Assembly (NCBI RefSeq): GCF_009914755.1
Contig: NC_060930.1
From: the human T2T-CHM13v2.0 reference genome, Homo sapiens
Length of the DNA: 64,000 bases
Reading direction: 5' to 3' (one strand)
Position 1 is the stretch's first letter. Every line of letters starts with the position of its first letter. Below, piece by piece: positions 58,206-64,000 of the stretch. The notes beneath the pieces are model-generated. The model made no database searches. It saw only the letters and a list, made by a program, of their open reading frames with translations, and was not told where the DNA came from. The translations under genes and the position numbers were made by a program.

Positions 58206-59989
58206 TAATAAAAGAATTAACATATAGGAGTAGAGTTATGAATCAGAGAGGAGCAGGAAAAATTTACTAAGATGGCAGAATGGGGTGGACCTCATTTGGT
58301 ATTACTCATGACAAGGAATTTCTTTCTTGCTCACTCACTCACTTTTGCTATATCTAAATATCTATATTATTCTGTGTGTTTACCTTGATATTTATATGTA
58401 TACAGTTTTCCAGATCATACAAAAAATTTAATTTTCTGCAATTTAAATAAATTGAACTCACATTAGATCACTTTTGCTTCTCTGTTTTCCAATGGAGTGT
58501 TCCAGATACAGGCAAAAAAAATATGCCTTTCAATTCTTATAGGACATTTTCATCCATGCACTCTGGTGTAAATTACCAGTTTATGTCTAGAACCAGCAAG
58601 TTACTTTTTTCAGATGTATGTCTTATTTTTCCAACAAGAAAGCAAATTTCTTAGAAAGGTATGATATTTTCTTATGGGTTTCTTGATCTTCCTGATTATT
58701 GACATCTTGACTTTCGCATCATACACGTTCTATAGGTATTATCACATTGATTAATTGAGCTCAAAGAACAGACTTGAGGTAATAGTTAAACTATGTCAAA
58801 TATTATTTACCTACTTGTTTCTCAAGGCAATCTCCCTCTTTATTGATATTCTGCGTCAACGTTATTTGACTGGTTCTCACTAAATAATCCAAGTCCCCCA
58901 TAAAATTGACTAATCAAAGCTAAATTGTTACATTCCAAGATACTTCTATTTGAGTATGAAAATTTATTTAAGACCTTTAAGACCTCCAAGCATAATTTCT
59001 AACAGTGGGATTTCAGACCATATGACAAGCCAGTGGGAGACTCTTTTTGAGCAGTCGATGCTTCCTGTGTGTTGCCATACATATACAGCTACCTACTTAC
59101 CTGTTATCATAAATGGGGCTCACTTTCTTTTCTTTCTCCCCTTCCCCTAAATTCTCGATTGTCATCCCCAGGGGGAAAAAACACTTTTTTGTTTCAATAG
59201 CTCATTATTTTAGACAACTGATTTTTAATTTGCCATAAATAGTGCAATAGGCATTCGTTCTGTGATACTTACAATCTGGAAGTTAATCTAAATTTGCTAT
59301 TCCCTCTATAAATTACCATTTATCCAACTGAGATATTAAATAACAAAGTTTCTCTCTCTAATGTCTTTTTTGTATGTTTGTTTTAGCAGTCCTAAGGTTT
59401 CATTTCTGTTGTTGGATTGTATTAGTTCATGTAAATGCTTTTGTATCATTGATTCCTGGCTAAAAAGTATCTCAAAAAGTTTAGGTCATATTTCATATCT
59501 AGGTGATGAATCATTGTGAGTTTTAGTTTTTGTGTTGTTTATTTTTCTGAGTTCTCCATATATTTTACAAATGACAAGGTATCATTTATATTGGTATTAA
59601 ATAATTTGTAATAATTTGATTTGTTAAAATTATTTATTGTAACAATGTATTTAAATAATCTATATTTATTTAAAACTATTACTCTGAACTACAAGGTACA
59701 ATTATAGTGATTTTATGAAATTACTTTCAAAAATTTTGGCATATTGGCAAGTCAGAGGAAATGCTACTTTGGCAAAATAGTTTATCAACTATTGGCATCA
59801 ATAACTTTTTTTTCCTGACAGATTTGAATTTATATAATGTACTTATTTTATTACTTAAAATTATCAATGCCTACTAATTTTTTCTTAGACAACTTTGCTA
59901 AGGTAGCTGCCACAAAAAGCATTAATCTACAAATAAAGTTTTTTAGTTTATTTATTCAAAAGTGAAAAACAACAGAAACATTGGAAAGA

Positions 59990-60500
59990 AAAACCAGGGT
60001 TTGAGTCTTATTCCCCATGATTTAATAATTCTGTGAACTTGGGAGATACACTTAATACACTTTAACCTGTTTACAGCATCAAAGGGCTGATATAAAACCA
60101 AATGAGGCAATAAATTAGGTATTTTGCGAATCATAAATCTAACATCCCAGTGGATCTTCTTAATTTCACAGTAGTTATACATGGAGGCCAGTACTTCTTT
60201 GACATCTAATGGGGGTTTTGAGAATATCCAGAGAGACTAATTTTGCCATGGAATTTGGTATCCTCATGATGCTTACTCTGGCTGGACAGGAATATTGATA
60301 CATCTTCTTCAAGCAGCTTGTAGAGCTTGTCACAAATGGAAGAAAAAGTAGAAGTATACTGTGATTTTAACATGGAAACTGATATTGAATGATCGGTGGG
60401 CTTTTCTGAGGCATACTTTTGGTAATGCCCCAACAGAACTTGGGGGCCTGTAGAGGGTATGAGTTGTTCCTGCCCGATCAAGAGAGTAATATCCACAGTA
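59990..60500 (-). mobile_element. Possible ancient RTE-X/L4-like LINE RT fossil
   Basis: Across frames: TGPQ, *RRCINIPV, ISL/LDILK, FMIRK...QPFDAVNR, in the order of LINE RT motifs PGPD, W..IIPV, RPISLLD, AFDxVxR. Confidence 0.4.
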
Positions 60501-60926
60501 TATATTTAACTACTTGTTTCTTAATGAAATTAGGTTTTCTGGTAGTATAATTGTATTCACTATTTTATTAAAATCAGAAGACATCGTTGGTGTCTAACAA
60601 TGTCTCAGAAAGAATAATATTGTCTGTTGTTTATAATCCCTTCTTTAAAGGTGAATTCTCTGTCTACTAAATTGGAAAAGCAGAGAGAACAAAATTGTTC
60701 TACATGGGAAAAAGAATGGAGAAAAGGTCTGGGAAGATGCTAGGGTGGAGAGAAGGCAGACGAATGTATGGCTCAGTAAGATAGGGATAGGGATGAAGAG
60801 ACCTTGATGTTTTTTGGGGTTTTGGTTAATGTGGGGCAGGGAAAGAAGAGCAAGAGAGGAGGGGTCAGGTAGCTAAAGATGAGGAGAAGTGAGGCAATGG
60901 GGAATAATGGGGAATGGAATTGGTTC

Positions 60927-61232
60927 TTTTTTTTTTTTTTTTTTTTTTTTTGAGACAGAGTCCCCAGTCTGTTGCCCAGGCTGGAGTGTAATGGTGTGGT
61001 CTCGGCTCACTGCAACTTCCACCTCCGAGGTTCAAGTTATTCTGCCTCAGCCTCCTGAGTAGCTGGGATTACAGGCTCATGCTACCATACCCAGCTAATT
61101 TTTGTACTTTTAGTAGAGACGGGGGTATATCACTGTGTTGGCCAGGCTGGTCTTTAACTCCTGACCTCATGATCCATTTGCCTCTGTCTCCCAAAGTGCT
61201 GGGATTACAGGCATGAGCCACTGTACCTGGCC
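60927..61232 (-). mobile_element. AluS
   Basis: 25-T tail; TSD gga(a/g)ttggtt 60916-60925 and 61233-61242. Confidence 0.95.
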
Positions 61233-62604
61233 GGAGTTGGTTTTTAATAGATACTGCTGCTTCTTCTCTTCACAATGTGATCATTAGTGAAGTCCATTTA
61301 TTGCTTTAAATTTTCATATTCAATTAAATTACCCTTTTCCTGTTTCAAAAAAAAATGTTATGTAATAGCACTGACTTGTGGCAAACTTGAAAGCTTTTCT
61401 TTCATAGATTATTTATGGAATAAAATTAAGTATAGAGAAAAAGAAAAAATTTGATCTTAGTCAGATGATATCTTTTGACTCCTATTATAGACAATAAAAT
61501 CACGTCTTAAAAGTCAGAGACAATAATGACAGCATGATCACAAATCTTTGTTTCAAAGCATCTATCAGTAAGAGAAACAGAGTAAATTGGAGTAAGGAGA
61601 CTTGTTTGATCTGCCTTTGAAGGTAAAATTAGAGCTGCTTATAGGAATCAAAAGATTCAGGAGTGTCAAGCTAAAACTATGAGAAAGGCTCCAAGAGGAA
61701 TAAAATGCTTCTTCTATTTAAGAACATACTTGTAGAGAAGTCTCTGAAAGCTATGTTCTATTGAGCTAATCTATCAGATTAGATTTTGTTTTGGTTTTAT
61801 AGATATGGTGGCTTTGGTTTTGTTTTTCCACATTAAGTTAAAGAATGGGCTTAATATTTTGTTAAGAGTCACTGTGAACATCATATTTTGGATTCTAAAT
61901 TACCTACCCTGATGATTAAAGAATTTCAGGAATACTGATTTAGTAGACTTTGAAAGGTAAGATTAAATGAAATTCTTTCATTTATTTTTCTCCACTATTC
62001 CTCTTTCCTTTGTTTCATAGTCGCTTTTCATTTAATCATTTTCTAAGAGCTTACATTTTTGCTCAATTGAAGATTATCCCATAACTAAGTGATGCATATA
62101 CAAATACTCAGTGCTGGGAATTATTTCTCTTTAGAAGGAGAAGCAGAAATTAAATATTTAGGCTTTTGCAAAATGGCTTGTTTCTTTTGTTCAAAGTGAT
62201 TATGTATCCCATCAGAATGGAACGTGGATTAGGTGTTTGAATGCTTTGTGCCTCAGGCTTTTTTACAAATACATGTTACTAAATGTAAAAATAACTTCTA
62301 TTTTTCCAAACTAATTAGTGAGATTTCAGGACACATTGTTCACTCACAATTTTTTTCCCATGGCTTACCATTAATCTCTATCTGAATTACTGACTATATG
62401 ATCAATGAAGATTAAACATACAATAAAATTTGTTCCTGGAATTTGCCTTACTTATGGTTAAAGCATTTGTGTTGTGAGGAAAGCATTTTTTTTCCACAGA
62501 CACTAAAGTGTTCAGTAATTGATAGCCATCTGAATGTTATCTCTTTAAGGCTTTAAAGAAACATTTAAAATCTGAAATTGGAGGCAAATTGGGGAAATTC
62601 TGTT

Positions 62605-62830
62605 TTGTATCAATGAGTTCTTAATGCTTACTATGTACATCCTCTCTCTCCATATATATATTTAGTTTTAATAACCCCAATGATGGAAGTATTATTATCT
62701 TCATTTATTAGATAAAGAAGCTACAACTTACAGAGATTTGGTAACTTTCAAAATCCATCTAAGACACATAACTTTTAAGTGATTAACCTTTATTTGAACC
62801 CACGAAGCTTTCTCATGGACCCAGAGCTCC
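62605..62830 (-). mobile_element. MIR
   Basis: aatgcttactatgt...tattattatcttcatttattagataaagaagct...tttgaaccc. Confidence 0.65.
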
Positions 62831-62965
62831 TACAATAGTGCTATGTGATTCACTTCATTTCTTCAGCGCTTCTGACATTCTTTTTGACCATCATTAAGCT
62901 CATAAAAAGGAAATTTAGTTAATATTCTATTATATATGTTAAGAAATGGAAAGATTGTTATATAT

Positions 62966-63792
62966 TATAAACCAAAAATAAAATTCTAAGGCCCCTCAAC
63001 CATCCAAACGGACTTTTTCCTCAGCCAAAGCACTCAAGTTTAACCAGAAAGACTGACTTAAGTCATGATGGGAAGTGGGGGTTGGACATCTCTTATTATA
63101 CCTCTCCATCATTAACATCAACACATACTTTAAGTCTGATAAAAAAACATCTTACAACCTATTCTTTCTGAAGCCTACTAACTGAAGGCTTCCTCGGCAA
63201 ATAAGAACTTTGATCTCCACAATCCTTTATCTCAACACATACATTTCCTTTCTATTGATCCCAAGTCTTTAGTAAAGTCAACCAATTGTCAACCAGAAAA
63301 ATTTTAAACATGCCTATAGCCTGGAAGCCCCCAATTTCCAGTTGTCCCACCTTTCTGGACCAAACCAATGTATTTATTAAATGTATTTGATTGAAATCTC
63401 ATTGGCCTCTTCAGTCCCTATGTAGTGGCCTGGGATTCAATCTGTGAGGTGGGGGGCCTGTAATCAGGACTCCATCTTGCTTTGCTTTTTTTTTTTTTCC
63501 TCCATTTTTTTCTCTTTTTGCCTGATTAAATTGTGCTCTACTTACCCTTCAGTGTGTCTGCATGCCTAAATTTTCCTGGTTGTGTGACAAAAGCCTGGTT
63601 TTAGCTGAACTAAGGAGCAAATTCTGCAACATCATGTCTCCCTAAAATGTGTAAAACCAAGCTGCACCCCAACCACCTAGGGCATATGTTCTCAGGACCT
63701 CCCAGGGCTGTGTCACAGGCCAGGCTTACTCATATTTGGCTCCGAATAAACTTTTAAAAATATTTTACAGAGTTTGACTCTTCTTATTGACA
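62966..63792 (+). mobile_element. MER4-family (ERV1) solo LTR containing a nested insert
   Basis: Starts t(a)taaaccaaaaataaaattctaagg, ends aatattttacagagtttgactcttcttattgaca; 4-bp TSD ATAT at 62962-62965 and 63793-63796. Confidence 0.9.
63403..63631 (+). mobile_element. 229-bp ERV1 LTR remnant nested in MER4
   Basis: Begins TG, ends tagctgaactaaggagcaaattctgcaaCA; 4-bp TSD TCAT at 63399-63402 and 63632-63635. Confidence 0.8.
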
Positions 63793-64000
63793 ATATAAAT
63801 GCAAAAACGATAAAGAAGACAAAGTATTTTAGCTTTGTAATATAAAACTATTTTGTTACTGTTAAATTTGGATTTATTTTTGTTTCTGACCAATTATTAA
63901 AAATAATTCATATTTCATTAGCACTCACAGGTGAGTGTAAACAGGTTCAGGTTATGTGGAGAAATGAAGAGGTCAGTTACTTAAAAATTCACTGAGGCTG

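Overview
AT-rich, CpG-poor primate (most likely human or great ape) genomic DNA from a gene desert or large intron. There is no CpG island and no convincing host coding exon; the short ORFs in the track are repeat-derived or chance. The window holds about 14 Alus, several old L1 copies including a near full-length L1MA-type element (~51.6-58.2 kb), a decayed ERVL provirus (~8-15.3 kb) with nested insertions, MaLR/MER4 solo LTRs, and a two-LTR HERV-H provirus on the minus strand (19220-24806, TSD CATAT, tRNA-His PBS). The most unexplained structure is a 340-bp inverted repeat (35597-35936 and 37172-37511; 20 mismatches, no indels, ~94% identity by manual alignment) that I do not recognise as a transposon, enclosing a ~1.2-kb unique spacer with splice-like signals on both strands. 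Other notable points: the HERV-H 5' LTR TATA box is mutated while the 3' LTR TATA is intact and followed by a flanking splice donor; a 34-bp locally templated insertion sits inside the L1; and a 229-bp TG..CA mini-LTR is nested in a MER4 LTR. Subfamily names come from recall of consensus sequences, not a database search, and boundaries of old repeats are approximate.
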